From Escherichia coli (GTDB taxonomy: Bacteria > Pseudomonadota > Gammaproteobacteria > Enterobacterales > Enterobacteriaceae): a stretch of DNA of 64,000 nucleotides. The notes below the pieces were generated by a model. It saw only the letters and a list, made by a program, of their open reading frames with translations. It was not told where the DNA came from and did no database searches. This document shows positions 22,838 to 33,679 of the stretch, one piece after another (within the stretch, counting starts at the first letter, position 1; every line of letters starts with the position of its first letter). Both the position numbers and the translations under genes were made by a program. The DNA lies in NCBI RefSeq assembly GCF_016026235.1, contig NZ_CP065613.1; one strand, written 5' to 3'.

Positions 22838-24072
22838 TTACGCCGTACATTTCACCAGACCGCGGTGATCAACTGGCGCGACACCAGCGTCAATACGCAC
22901 TTTCGTTGTCACGCCATCCACACTGAAGCCCTCCATCTGATCAATATATGGCGTATCCACACCGTTGAGATAAGCCACTTCAATCGTATCGGAGCCTTTG
23001 GACGCAGCCAGGTAGAAGGTGGTCTGGCTGTTATCATCAAGACGAGGCTCTGCAATAACGGTCGCAAAATCTTTCACCGGGTTAATAATACCGGCGTTAA
23101 TGTCAGCCCCCTTGACACTTGAGGAGCGAATGACCTGGTTAGCAACAGACTCCATCGCCGTCGGTACCAGTACGAACGCAGGACGAATATTCAGATGACG
23201 CTCACCCTCTTTCTGAACACGCATCAACTGGCGGGCTTTATCCAGCGATGCCACGTCCATTGCAGCGCTCTCCAGTACGTTTGCATGTTTCGCTTTATCG
23301 AACAGACTTACATTATCTGTGGAGATTTTCGGGTTAGACGTCAGAATGGCATAAACCAGATCGGCAATAGTGGATTTTGCCGCACGGCCCAGTTTCATCG
23401 GGACATCGGTCAGCATATTCAGATCATCGTTGATAATGGCCTGACGGGTGATACTGAACAGTTCACCATAGGTCGCCAGTGCAATCGTGGCCTGTTTATC
23501 TCCGGTAGTAACGTATTTATATTCCGCTCCTTCACGCACCTGACGCAGAGCACTGAAGCCCCCATACCCACACGATGGGCAATTTTAAAATCAGACAGCT
23601 GACCTTTCCGCGTCCACTGTTCATAGGTTTCAGGGGCATCTTCCCAGCCCTGCAGAATGGCTTTGTTCGCAACATCCAGCAGAATATTACCGAAGTCAGA
23701 CGTACTGTGTGTGAACGCTGCCCCGACCATCTGCATCGGGTTATAACCGGAAACCCCAATACCCCGTTCAGTCAGTGACATACGGGCATATTCACGCAGG
23801 GTCATCCCGTTGTAGACATTATCACGTTCAGTTTTTTCAAACCCGGCACGCGCCATCAGCGCCTGGCGGATCCCGTCCCCCACAAAATTACCGTTTCCGG
23901 CATAAATATGGGCCGGGGTATTTTTATTTGATGGTGAAAATTCCTTACCCATTTCGTTAAGTAATTTCTCACGGGCCTGCTCAAGCGAGCACTCCGGATC
24001 GGAAAGACAACTGGCCTGCAATGTCTGATAACGCCCGCCAAACATACCAAACAGTTCATTAATACCACTCAC
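22838..24072 (-). pseudogene. major capsid protein, frameshifted
   Basis: N-part ORF 23419..24072 and C-part ORF 22838..23539 overlap in different frames; junction at a G5 run near 23540-23560. Confidence 0.7.
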
Positions 24073-24827
24073 ACGTGCTTTTTGCTCTGCCAGTACCTGC
24101 GCACGGATACTGCTTTCATCTGCGGAAGGTGCATTTGTGGTGGTCGCGGTTGTGGCAACCTGAGCCGTAGTCTGCTCCTGTGTCTGAGATGCAGTATTTT
24201 GTTTTCAGGTTCACGCGTTGCACTGTTGCGTGGCGGAGTAATCATGTTTCGAATGGATTCCGGCATCTTTTTAAATTCCTCTGTACGTTTTGACTGAATA
24301 CATGCCATTGCCTTAACGGCTGGCGTCACCTGATCAGCAAATCCATGTGCCAGACATTCGGCACCGGACATCCAGGTCTCATCCGCCAGCATGGCAGCAA
24401 CTTCATCGGTGGTTTTCCCGGTTTTCTGTGCATAAGCGGGTAACAGAACCGCCTCAACTTTATCGAGCAGGTCGGCATAGGTGCGCATGTCCTCCGCATC
24501 ACCGCCCGTAAAGCCAAATGGTTTATGAATCATCATGAAGGTGTTTTCCGGCATAATGACCGGGTTTCCCACCATCGCAATGACCGACGCCATTGATGCC
24601 GCCACACCGTCGACATAAACGGTAATGGACGCACCATGTGTTTTCAGTGCATTAAAAATGGCGATGCCTTCAAAGACATCGCCACCCGGTGAATTGATAT
24701 GGAGATTAATGTGGGTGATATCGCCCAGTGCATTCAGATCGCTGATAAACTGCTTCGCCGTAACACCCCAGAAACCAATCTCGTCATAAATATAAATATC
24801 CGCGTCACTCTGGTGACCTGCCTGCAT
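24069..24827 (-). CDS. ClpP-like head maturation protease/scaffold
   Basis: IYIYDEIGFWGV...INSPGGDVFEG...MASVIAM motif; start uncertain; low-complexity C-terminus. Confidence 0.7.
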   Translation of the reverse strand: MQAGHQSDADIYIYDEIGFWGVTAKQFISDLNALGDITHINLHINSPGGDVFEGIAIFNALKTHGASITVYVDGVAASMASVIAMVGNPVIMPENTFMMIHKPFGFTGGDAEDMRTYADLLDKVEAVLLPAYAQKTGKTTDEVAAMLADETWMSGAECLAHGFADQVTPAVKAMACIQSKRTEEFKKMPESIRNMITPPRNSATREPENKILHLRHRSRLRLRLPQPRPPQMHLPQMKAVSVRRYWQSKKHV

Positions 24828-24840
24828 CCTGAACCAGGAA

Positions 24841-26346
24841 TTATTCTTCGGACTGGCCGTCGGTGTGCTGCGGCTCCTGTCGTTTCGTTGCGACACTGCT
24901 GCCTCCTTTATCACTGGCCGGATCGGTATCAAATATCAGACCCAGCTTGCGGTTTTCATCAATTTCAGCCTTGCGCCGACGTTTGACATCATCCGGATTA
25001 CGCCCACCTGCTCGCACCCAGTCTGATTCTGTCGCCGCTCCACCGCGAATCTGGATTTTCCAGGCCTCAGCCTCCTTAACCGGATCAATCCACGGCATGA
25101 CCGGACCGGAATATGTTGCGTTACACAACGTTTTCATATCCACATCCGACGGGATTTTCAGCAGACCTGCTGCTACCACCATGTTCAGCCACGTCCGGTA
25201 CACGGGACGGGTTACAGCACCAATAAAGCAGTCCTGCAGGATCAGATACCCGTCAGTGGACTCGACCAGCTCCTGTCGCTGAGCGCTGTAGGTACCGTTG
25301 TAATTGCGCGCCGCACTGGAAAAACTCATACGACTGCCTGCGGCCACCGCACGCAGCTGCCCGTTACGAAAAGTTTCAAGGTTAGGATTGGGCCGATCAG
25401 ATTTGACCATGCCAATATCTTCCCCCTTGCGCAAATCGTCATAAATAATGCCAGGGGTGATATGCAGTTCCCGGTCATTATCTTTATTTATCGTGGCGTC
25501 TTCATAATCCTGCCCATCTCCTTTACGGATATACAGCCCCAGAGCCGCAGCAACACGCGCCGCTGTCAGCTCAGCATCTTCATATTCCTTAAGCGCACTG
25601 ATCCGCATCAGCACACCTGACAACATGGATGTACCACGCGTCTGATGCAGACGACGGGTAAATTTCAGATGCACCATATTTTCGGCAACGATCTCTTTGG
25701 TATCACTCAGCCGCCCGGTAGTCGGATGATTTTTATAAACCAGGTATTTTTTCGGTCTGCCCCAGTCATCCAGAAAAACACCCTGATTCAACCCCACAGA
25801 TTCATCACTGAGCATGGGCACAAAATCCGGCTCCATTGCCTCGATCCAGAAAGGCACGCCAGCAGTCCGCACCAGCCCGCCGCCGGCACCACGAACCAGC
25901 TGGGCAAACACTTCACCATCACGTAACCAGGTACGCAGCAGCAGACGCTCGAGCATGGGGCGCGTATACTGCCCGGTCACATCCGGACTGACAGACCATT
26001 CCACCCACAAGCGACGGATAATCATTGCCAGCTCTGTGGCTATATCACCGTTCTTCAGTAATGGCTGGGGTTCGACAACGATCCCTTTTGCACCAATCAC
26101 CCGTTCCTCAAGTTTGTCGAAAACACCGATTACCAGATCATGATTGATGTCCAGAAAACGAGCCTGCTCCCGCAGGGAAACTGCACCGTACTTACTGAGC
26201 TGGTCGGCAGAACGATTTTCCCGCCGGGCTTTATGTGTACGAGTAGGCTTCACTGCCTCATAGGCACGAATTAATGCCCTTGAGCGCAATCTCGCAGCTT
26301 TCCAGCCAGGTGAAAAAACACCAATCACATCATCAAGAATTGCCAT
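24841..26346 (-). CDS. portal protein (lambda B family)
   Basis: 501 aa, between W-like gene and protease. Confidence 0.9.
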   Translation of the reverse strand: MAILDDVIGVFSPGWKAARLRSRALIRAYEAVKPTRTHKARRENRSADQLSKYGAVSLREQARFLDINHDLVIGVFDKLEERVIGAKGIVVEPQPLLKNGDIATELAMIIRRLWVEWSVSPDVTGQYTRPMLERLLLRTWLRDGEVFAQLVRGAGGGLVRTAGVPFWIEAMEPDFVPMLSDESVGLNQGVFLDDWGRPKKYLVYKNHPTTGRLSDTKEIVAENMVHLKFTRRLHQTRGTSMLSGVLMRISALKEYEDAELTAARVAAALGLYIRKGDGQDYEDATINKDNDRELHITPGIIYDDLRKGEDIGMVKSDRPNPNLETFRNGQLRAVAAGSRMSFSSAARNYNGTYSAQRQELVESTDGYLILQDCFIGAVTRPVYRTWLNMVVAAGLLKIPSDVDMKTLCNATYSGPVMPWIDPVKEAEAWKIQIRGGAATESDWVRAGGRNPDDVKRRRKAEIDENRKLGLIFDTDPASDKGGSSVATKRQEPQHTDGQSEE

Positions 26347-26564
26347 CAGAACCTCGCCAGTTTATAGCCCGGCGTCCCCCGTCGCCGCGCAGCCAGAGTC
26401 GCAAGGCGACGTTCCCACTCCTGCCGCCCCTGTCGGATCTCGGATAAGTTTTCCATGGTCATCTGCTGACCATTAAAAGTAATGGACTTTCCGTCCAGCA
26501 CTGCCATTTCCGCATTGATATAACGATGGATCATGGCTTCAATATCATTCTGGTTCACAACCAT
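26346..26564 (-). CDS. head-tail joining protein W-like
   Basis: Small ORF after terminase; C-terminus RRRGTPGYKL like lambda W. Confidence 0.65.
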   Translation of the reverse strand: MVVNQNDIEAMIHRYINAEMAVLDGKSITFNGQQMTMENLSEIRQGRQEWERRLATLAARRRGTPGYKLARF

Positions 26565-28657
26565 CCTCCGGAAGTCACCCATGGGTTTTCTTCATCAGGC
26601 ACCACTTTTTTTCGTTTCTTTTTTTTAACGGACACGGATACCGGCTCCGGCGAGGCTGACAGTCCGGCATCGTCCCTGACACGCTCCAGCCAGGTTTCCC
26701 TGCATGCCCATTCCGGCGCATCCGGCCACTGAATTTTCTCGTAACCATGCAGAATGACCAGAGCCTCGGCATACACCATCAGGTCAAAAGCTTCGTTGGC
26801 ACCTCGACCCGGCTTACTCCATTTCCCGTCACTGCTCCGCTCTTCATACGTCAGTTCGTCGTAAAACCAGCTCCCCAGCCAGTCAGGGAAATGCACATAG
26901 CCGGGACCTGGCGAGTCACGCCATAACGCGTTATTCACCCGGTCTTTCAGGGCATCCGTCTGAAGAAGCCAGAGCGGCACATCACCTGCGGCCTGCGCCC
27001 GTCGGCCCGTTCGTCCGGTGTTATCAGGGAATGTACGGGTGATCAGTTTTGCGCGCCGGATGCTGTCGCCCTTAAACAGGTAAATACGTTTACCAAGGCC
27101 ATCACGACGGCAACGACGCCAGAATTTATAGGCATTATCAGTGACCCCGTCTTCACCGCCGGAGTCCACCGCCATTGCCATCAGTCGCATTTGTTGAGAA
27201 GGATCGGAGGCCAACGGCCAGCTTTTATGAAAAACATCCGTCAGCAGGACATCCCAGTCCTCAGGATAACCAGCAGGATCAATTCGCAGGCTTTCTCCGT
27301 TGTTGTCACAACGCAATGACTGCGTGATGTTGTAACGATCAATAATCCAGCGTTCGCCACGGCAACCATAACCCGTTACCTGAACCACAAAACGGCGATG
27401 ACGTCCCGCCTGCACATCCACTGTCGCCGCCAGGAAATTAACACCATCCGGCACGCAGCGGGGAGGAACAGGCTCTGCCCGCTGCTCAAGCAGTTCACTT
27501 TTTCGTTGCTCCATGCTGGCGCGGGGAAGATAAGGTAATCCCCAGTCGGTGTTGATAACCGCCCTGAGTGTTTCTTCACTTCCGGTTGTCTCGTATTCCT
27601 GTTCTGCAGTAAGCAGTTTGTAAACGAGTTGCGAGAGTGTCTGGTAAGCAGCTGCCGGACCCTCCATCCAGAATGACGCAATACGTGAACGCCTGGGATC
27701 ACCATAACGACTGCCATCCGCATTGATGGATTCACCATCCCGCAACCAGACCCCACGTCCGTTCAGCTCACGTTTTTGTTCAGGCATAATCCGTCCTGAA
27801 CAGGAAGGACACTGAATATAAGCCGCCTCACTTGCCAGCACGGGATCGGCAATATCACGGAAACCAGCAACCACATCGCCGCAGGGCTGAAAATACTCAC
27901 CACAGTGTGGACAGGGCCAGTACCAGCGACGGCGATCGCCACGGTTATAGAGCGACAGTATCCCCGTGGTTGGTGGAGCCTCATGCGGTGAAGTCCGTCG
28001 CCATTTCACATCCTTCACATCCCTGCCGGGGGAACTCTCCACCAGCGTCATACCACTGGACATAAATGTTGTGGTACGTTTTGAGGCAAGAGAGAAAGCA
28101 TCCCCCTCACCATCAATATCTTCCGGAAAACGGTCATAATCCGTCAGCGCGACGCATTTATAATCTGATGAGGACATGATATTGACTGACGGCCAGCCGA
28201 TTTTCAGGTAGTTGCCAGCAAGGAATGTTCTGTCATAAACGTTGTTGTCATTTTTGTTCGGACTCAGGCGACTGACCACTTCCGGGCTGACGCGAAACGT
28301 TCTGGCGAGTCGTTTTTTGGAGTGTTCGCGGGCTTTTTCCTCCGTCATCTGAATGATCAGCATATCAGCAGGATCGCAAATCACGTTGTAAATCACCCAG
28401 CCGTCAATCAGGCCGATAGTCTTGCCGGTTCGTGCCGGGCCAACAAATATCACTGCGTCGTATTCACGCGAGGCCAGGCAGTTCATCGGCTCAATAACAT
28501 ACGGTGCCACCAGCGGATCCCACGGGACTGAGTTCCCTGCCCCCATGGGCACCCGCATATACTGAGCAACGGCATCAGCAACCCGCATTCGTCTTGGTGC
28601 GCGAAGGATATAACCTGAATCGGTTCGTGCTGCCTTTGCGGTTTCCTGATTCAGCAT
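26555..28657 (-). CDS. terminase large subunit (lambda A-like)
   Basis: 700 aa with Walker A FVGPARTGKT. Confidence 0.95.
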   Translation of the reverse strand: MLNQETAKAARTDSGYILRAPRRMRVADAVAQYMRVPMGAGNSVPWDPLVAPYVIEPMNCLASREYDAVIFVGPARTGKTIGLIDGWVIYNVICDPADMLIIQMTEEKAREHSKKRLARTFRVSPEVVSRLSPNKNDNNVYDRTFLAGNYLKIGWPSVNIMSSSDYKCVALTDYDRFPEDIDGEGDAFSLASKRTTTFMSSGMTLVESSPGRDVKDVKWRRTSPHEAPPTTGILSLYNRGDRRRWYWPCPHCGEYFQPCGDVVAGFRDIADPVLASEAAYIQCPSCSGRIMPEQKRELNGRGVWLRDGESINADGSRYGDPRRSRIASFWMEGPAAAYQTLSQLVYKLLTAEQEYETTGSEETLRAVINTDWGLPYLPRASMEQRKSELLEQRAEPVPPRCVPDGVNFLAATVDVQAGRHRRFVVQVTGYGCRGERWIIDRYNITQSLRCDNNGESLRIDPAGYPEDWDVLLTDVFHKSWPLASDPSQQMRLMAMAVDSGGEDGVTDNAYKFWRRCRRDGLGKRIYLFKGDSIRRAKLITRTFPDNTGRTGRRAQAAGDVPLWLLQTDALKDRVNNALWRDSPGPGYVHFPDWLGSWFYDELTYEERSSDGKWSKPGRGANEAFDLMVYAEALVILHGYEKIQWPDAPEWACRETWLERVRDDAGLSASPEPVSVSVKKKKRKKVVPDEENPWVTSGGWL

Positions 28658-29150
28658 TACTCCTCCTGCTGTAATTCCTCCTCATCATCCGCACCTGCTT
28701 CAGTCACCCGCAGGGCTATCTGATCGCGCAGATCATCAATAATGGACTGAACACGGCTCACAGCGGCAGGCTGCAGACCGCAGTCACGTTCAAGAATATC
28801 CGGTAATGTCTCCAGCACCTGCACGACCGCTTTTGCCCAGATGGCAAACTCCCGTCTGACATCACTGGCCGGAATGAGTTGTGCCGTTTCCTGTTCGAAC
28901 TTAAGACGCTCACGTTCAGACTGATACCAGGCTTTGCGCTCATGCGCGTCCATTTCGCCTTCTGCAACCGGCGGTGGTAATGCCAGAAATGCCGACACAA
29001 TATCAACCACCCGATAAAGCTTGAGGTTGCTTTCATGCCCCCTGCAACGGGTAGATTTTGCAGCCTTGCCGCAGCAGTCTGGCGATGTACACCTGACAGT
29101 GCCGCCAGTTGACTGATATTCAGCGTCAGATTTTTTAACTCTCGATCCAT
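28657..29150 (-). pseudogene. terminase small subunit Nu1-like, apparent frameshift
   Basis: Nu1-like HTH N-terminus is in ORF 28758..29150; C-terminal part ending at terminase start is in another frame (28657..29268 ORF). Confidence 0.65.
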
Positions 29151-29320
29151 ACCCGCTCCAGAATGTTTTAAACATGCATCTTGCGAACAACTTTAGGCAA
29201 ACGGTGTTAGTGATGAACAAAAAACAATCAAAACCGACAGCACAAAAATAAAACCACTGTAATATCAATACATTACAGTAGTGGTGATGACGAATGAAAT
29301 TTCAAAAACTAGCCTTTTTC

Positions 29321-29337
29321 CGCGCCGCTCCCGCCCC
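29321..29337. other. candidate cos site
   Basis: Minus-strand GGGGCGGGAGCGGCGCGG resembles lambda cosN GGGCGGCGACCT; upstream of Nu1. Confidence 0.35.
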
Positions 29338-29823
29338 GTGGCAGGCCACCCCACCGGGAGGACCCGTCAGCCTGACAGCCATGACGAACGTCTGATACAG
29401 CGCCCTGCATGAATGACATCGGGATAATCCAGAAAGGAATAGCATCGTACCCACAAGAATCAGTGTAAGTGTCCTGTTTCTTCCACCCCCGCACAGGACT
29501 GGCGAGCATGAGGGACAAACCCGCGAACCATAAACGCGGTAAAAACCCGGTGTGCATCGTTTTTGATTATTCCCGCACACTCGCGCAGAAGGAGTTCCCC
29601 GTCGGGCTACGGTCATGGTTAATGCGGGAATACAGCGACGATACAGCGCATGATGTGTCAGGCCTGAATACCTTTATCCGTTAAAAGGGATATCAGTTAA
29701 GTTATCCCGTGTAGGGTATAAGCCATTATCAAGCCCACCCGTAGATGGACTTTGTAATGGATAGCTGTTGCTCAGTTCTCGTAATGCTTTGATTTTTCCG
29801 ATAACGCAGTTTTGCGTTTGCCA

Positions 29824-30345
29824 TCAGCACGCGATATCGAGAGTCAACTGCAGTTGCTCGCGCCAGTACTCGACATTTGCTTCAATAACCGGCTTATCCC
29901 ATCGCCAGCGAGCCATCTCTCTTGCCCCATTGCTGGCTTTTGATTTCCGGTCATCGCGAATGCGACATGCTTGCTCATATTTCTGCTGCTCAGTCAGTTC
30001 ACCGCGAAGCAGACTATCAATGTGCAGGTCGCACCATACGGAGAATTTCGGATCGCACCATCTTGCAAAGGCAACTGATAACTTTGGATGCTGCCATGTT
30101 CCGCCGCCCCTGTCCTTTCGTGCCTTGCTTGTTTTTACATACCCGGAATCACGGGTATGTAGAATTTTCGATGGTTCACCTGAATAAACCTCATCCAGAG
30201 CTCTAACGTATTCGAGAGTTTCAGCGTTGGACAACCAGTGATCCAGACGCTTCCCGAAACGTTTTGCAATATCAGTGGCATTAATCCAGCCATCAGTATT
30301 GAAGCGGATAGGTTCGCCTTTGTAATTCAGTGGAACGATATTCAT
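29824..30345 (-). CDS. KilA-N domain DNA-binding protein
   Basis: 173 aa, MNIVPLNYKGEPIRFNTDGWINATDIAKRFGKR. Confidence 0.6.
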   Translation of the reverse strand: MNIVPLNYKGEPIRFNTDGWINATDIAKRFGKRLDHWLSNAETLEYVRALDEVYSGEPSKILHTRDSGYVKTSKARKDRGGGTWQHPKLSVAFARWCDPKFSVWCDLHIDSLLRGELTEQQKYEQACRIRDDRKSKASNGAREMARWRWDKPVIEANVEYWREQLQLTLDIAC

Positions 30346-30547
30346 AGCGTCTTACCTTTTAGAAAGATGAGCCTGTTCGCACAGAAAAGCCGCCCCGAGA
30401 TGGTCGCCACCATATACGGCAGTTCTCAGGCTCAGCTTTCTGAAAGACTCGGGATTGTTACGCGCTGCGATGCGCGGTTTACTGCGGACATATAAAAGCC
30501 CCGCAAGTGCGAGGCTCATTAAATTGACTTTGTGATTTGCAAAAAAA

Positions 30548-30985
30548 TTATTTCAGGCATTGCGTCCTGATGTATTCCTGCAGGTAGTTAACCTGCGCGG
30601 TTATCCTGTCGATTCCACTTCGGAGACGGTAATAATTGAGTTCAGCATCTGCTGTAAGTCCTGGGCTTTCTCCATAGCCCATGCTGCTGGCTCCGGTCGT
30701 TGACTTTGCACAGGTGGCGGCGACTTGCAGGCGCTTACGACCAGCAGAAACATCAGCACGGAGACTTTCGATAGTCGCGTTAGCATCAGCAAGCTCCTTT
30801 GTGTATCTGGCGTCGAGTTCTGCTACATCACGTTGACGCTTCTGCATATCAGAGATGATGGATGTGGCCTTATCGCGCTGCTCTTTGTAGGTAATGGCGT
30901 TATCACGGTAATGATTAACAGCCCATGACAGGCAGACGATGATGCAGATAACCAGAGCGGAGATAATCGCGGTGACTCTGCTCAT
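30548..30985 (-). CDS. i-spanin Rz
   Basis: N-terminal TM segment then coiled coil; ATGA overlap with endolysin stop. Confidence 0.8.
   Translation of the reverse strand: MSRVTAIISALVICIIVCLSWAVNHYRDNAITYKEQRDKATSIISDMQKRQRDVAELDARYTKELADANATIESLRADVSAGRKRLQVAATCAKSTTGASSMGYGESPGLTADAELNYYRLRSGIDRITAQVNYLQEYIRTQCLK
30601..30792 (-). CDS. o-spanin Rz1, embedded in Rz in another frame
   Basis: Lipobox LVVSAC followed by proline-rich [16 protein letters not shown]. Confidence 0.6.
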   Translation of the reverse strand: MLMLTRLSKVSVLMFLLVVSACKSPPPVQSQRPEPAAWAMEKAQDLQQMLNSIITVSEVESTG

Positions 30986-31515
30986 TGATCTATCCCCCAA
31001 CAGGCTAATGCGCTTTCCTGGTCACGACGAATAACCTGTCCATAGCAGTTATTTGAACGTATGCGGCAATCGCGCCCAACATCTTTTATCCACCAGCGAA
31101 TCGCCTCGCATGCGCCCTTACGATCACCGGCATTCAGCCGCTTATAAAACGTCGACGGGAAACACTTACCGGGGCCAATGTTATAGGGGCAAAATGACGC
31201 TATACCCGCTTTTTGTGGTTCGGTCAGTGGTACTTTAATATTGCGCTCCACCCATGCCAGCGCCTTATCACGTTCAATGGCGTTAACCTGGTCGCATTTT
31301 TCCTTCGACAGTTTCATACCGGGAAAAACGGGTTTACCATCCACCATCGTGGCACCCCGACAGATGGTCCAGATGCCGGAACCATCGCGGTATGCCGTAG
31401 TGTGGTTACCTTCTTTTTCATCCAGAAACTGGTCGAGAATATCAGGCGCAGGCGCACCGATAGCAATCAGTGCCAGAACGGCAGCCGACAGGCCATATCT
31501 GATTTTTACGTTCAT
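30982..31515 (-). CDS. SAR endolysin (lysozyme)
   Basis: 177 aa; hydrophobic N-terminal signal-anchor then T4-lysozyme-like core. Confidence 0.85.
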   Translation of the reverse strand: MNVKIRYGLSAAVLALIAIGAPAPDILDQFLDEKEGNHTTAYRDGSGIWTICRGATMVDGKPVFPGMKLSKEKCDQVNAIERDKALAWVERNIKVPLTEPQKAGIASFCPYNIGPGKCFPSTFYKRLNAGDRKGACEAIRWWIKDVGRDCRIRSNNCYGQVIRRDQESALACWGIDQ

Positions 31516-31836
31516 GGATATTTATCAGGATTTATCGGCTTCAAATCCCCGGATATGTTAAATCTTACCTCGCCAGTGATGGGCACTGGCGGGAGGAGGA
31601 TGTCAATCTGATAAACACAGAGGTGACTACGGATTACACAAATCTACCAAAACAAACTTTTGCTGATTTAATCGCACTCAGGCAAGCAGTCGTAGCTCTA
31701 ATCAACTTGTTGCCGGAGAAGGAAAAGGAATTAGTTAAAGCGCTTCTTAACAGAACTGCCGCCGATTTTTCATCATATCCACTGACAGATGACCTTGCGG
31801 ACCTTCCTGAATTAATTGCAGCGTCCGCCATTAAGC

Positions 31837-32367
31837 TTACTGAAGAGATTTACCCTCCTCAAAAATCTTCACAAAATTCCTGCGAGTAACTTCAATGCAA
31901 TAATCGTAAAACGCCGCAAACTGCTCATCGCGGCGTTTTTTTTCATCTTCAGAAGGAATCAGCACCGACAATTTTTTCTCCAGTTTTTCAATGGGCGATT
32001 CAATATCATCTTTTTCTGACCGCAATGCCGTCGGTGGCGTCTTCAGAGAACCAGTAATTCTTCCCGGTAGCTTTCCTTTGTAGGTTATCCACACATTCTG
32101 CGCCTCTAAAATTATGGGGCGCTTTTCCGGCGACTGCTCATCCCCTTCACATAACCCGGCAGCAACATCCAGGAATACCTGTCTGATTCTCATTCTGGCC
32201 GCTGCCTCATAAAACTCCAGCGCGGCACCTTCAACACGGTCCAGCGAGATGTCCAGGTCAAAAATTTCACCGTCAAAGCGTTTTTTGTCCCGTAACGCTA
32301 AAGTTACCGCAACTTTATTCTCAAAATTGCGGATCCCTTTCACAATCAGTTCATAGTTTTGTGTCAT
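31837..32367 (-). CDS. hypothetical protein inserted between holin and endolysin
   Basis: 176 aa; GGGGAG RBS about 9 nt upstream; starts 5 nt after holin stop. Confidence 0.6.
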   Translation of the reverse strand: MTQNYELIVKGIRNFENKVAVTLALRDKKRFDGEIFDLDISLDRVEGAALEFYEAAARMRIRQVFLDVAAGLCEGDEQSPEKRPIILEAQNVWITYKGKLPGRITGSLKTPPTALRSEKDDIESPIEKLEKKLSVLIPSEDEKKRRDEQFAAFYDYCIEVTRRNFVKIFEEGKSLQ

Positions 32368-32371
32368 TGAA

Positions 32372-32587
32372 TTACTCTCCCCGCGCAGCCTTACGCTTGT
32401 CTTCTCTTATTTTGAAATACAGGTTAGTCAGATATGTCAGCAGCCCAAACAGCAGACTCCCCAGCACGCCTATTGCCGCCCACTGAGACGGGGAAACCCT
32501 GTCCAGCAACTGCAGGAACCAGTAGCCCGTTCCCACCGCTGACGTGGTGTATGACACACCTGTTGTGATTTTTTCCATCTGGTCCAT
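32372..32587 (-). CDS. class II holin (phage 21 S-like pinholin), dual start MDQM
   Basis: [63 protein letters not shown] matches recalled S21. Confidence 0.85.
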   Translation of the reverse strand: MDQMEKITTGVSYTTSAVGTGYWFLQLLDRVSPSQWAAIGVLGSLLFGLLTYLTNLYFKIREDKRKAARGE

Positions 32588-32894
32588 ACCCCGTCTCCCG
32601 TTATCCGGAAGCTGACAACAATAAAAAAGCCACCAGTTAACTACTGATGGCTCTGATAACTCATGCAAGCGTCTCAGACGATCCACTGACACTACCGGTG
32701 AGTTTAACGATACCTTCCATTTGACTGGCTCACTTTTTATGATGATGCCGGTGCATTTATCTCCAGCACCAGACTTTCTATCTCAACGCCATACGTTGCA
32801 TTTTTGGTAATATCCGTCAGCGTCAGTGCATTTAGTCCCACTGCCAGACTGTCTTTTATGGCCTGGAATGCCGGGCCAGTACGATGACGTAGTA

Positions 32895-33083
32895 TCACTC
32901 CGGCTCAGTTGCACCACTGACCACCACATCACCTTCTGCTGCAATCGCCTGCATCAGGGTATAAGGGGTTATGGCCACCGGACTACCAAACGGCTGCCAG
33001 CCCTCTTTCAGTTTATGTGTCAGCTTTTCCGCAAGATCTGACGGCGGCGCCGCCCTGACAACATCATAGTGTTTAAATGCCAT
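32895..33083 (-). CDS. small phage protein (DUF1737-like)
   Basis: 62 aa from MAFKHYDVV; upstream of holin. Confidence 0.5.
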   Translation of the reverse strand: MAFKHYDVVRAAPPSDLAEKLTHKLKEGWQPFGSPVAITPYTLMQAIAAEGDVVVSGATEPE

Positions 33084-33343
33084 GGTTCTTTCCACCATCT
33101 AAAAAATAATTCTTTAAAATACCTGACATGTAATACAGAAAAAGCACAAAACCATACATTAAATAAAAACCTGATTATCAAGCAGATATGCATGGATAAA
33201 CTACAAGACGAGATATAAACCACCCTGCATTTAAATAAACAATAAACAACATCAGAAAAATAATTCTGCTCTATGGTTTACATTCAAAAATATCATTTAT
33301 ACTTTTCAGAACATCACCAGCAAGACATAAACAAGGAAACTAA

Positions 33344-33679
33344 ATGAAGTGGATTGTGATTGATACAGTTATCCAGCCATCATGCGGAATATCTTTTTCA
33401 GTCATATGGAGTAAAATAAAATTAATAATCTGGTATCAATCGGATGCTTTCTTACCTCCTGAAAGTATATTTACACTGACTCACACAGGCATCATGCTCA
33501 ATAACAAAGTGCTACCTGTAACCATTTACAACGTAGTACCATTCAATAAAACATTCTGGAATTTAATCAAAAACAGCCAGGAATGCCCTACAAATACAGA
33601 TAACGTATTGAATGAATGCTTTAATAACCGTTGCACTCTGCAAATATGTCCTTATGGACTAAAACAACAAAGTCCATAA
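33344..33679 (+). CDS. hypothetical Cys-rich protein in AT-rich island
   Basis: 111 aa; AAGGAAA RBS; opposite strand to late operon; 3' end inside a hairpin. Confidence 0.4.
   Translation: MKWIVIDTVIQPSCGISFSVIWSKIKLIIWYQSDAFLPPESIFTLTHTGIMLNNKVLPVTIYNVVPFNKTFWNLIKNSQECPTNTDNVLNECFNNRCTLQICPYGLKQQSP

Noticed and set aside
29302-29616. 104-aa and 82-aa minus-strand ORFs near cos
   Set aside because: Overlap the putative cos region; no RBS; Cys/Arg/Gly-rich composition typical of chance frames.
31623-31889. 88-aa plus-strand ORF in the holin-endolysin gap
   Set aside because: Kept only as a note in a finding: GTG start without proper RBS spacing and convergent overlap with the better-supported 176-aa gene.
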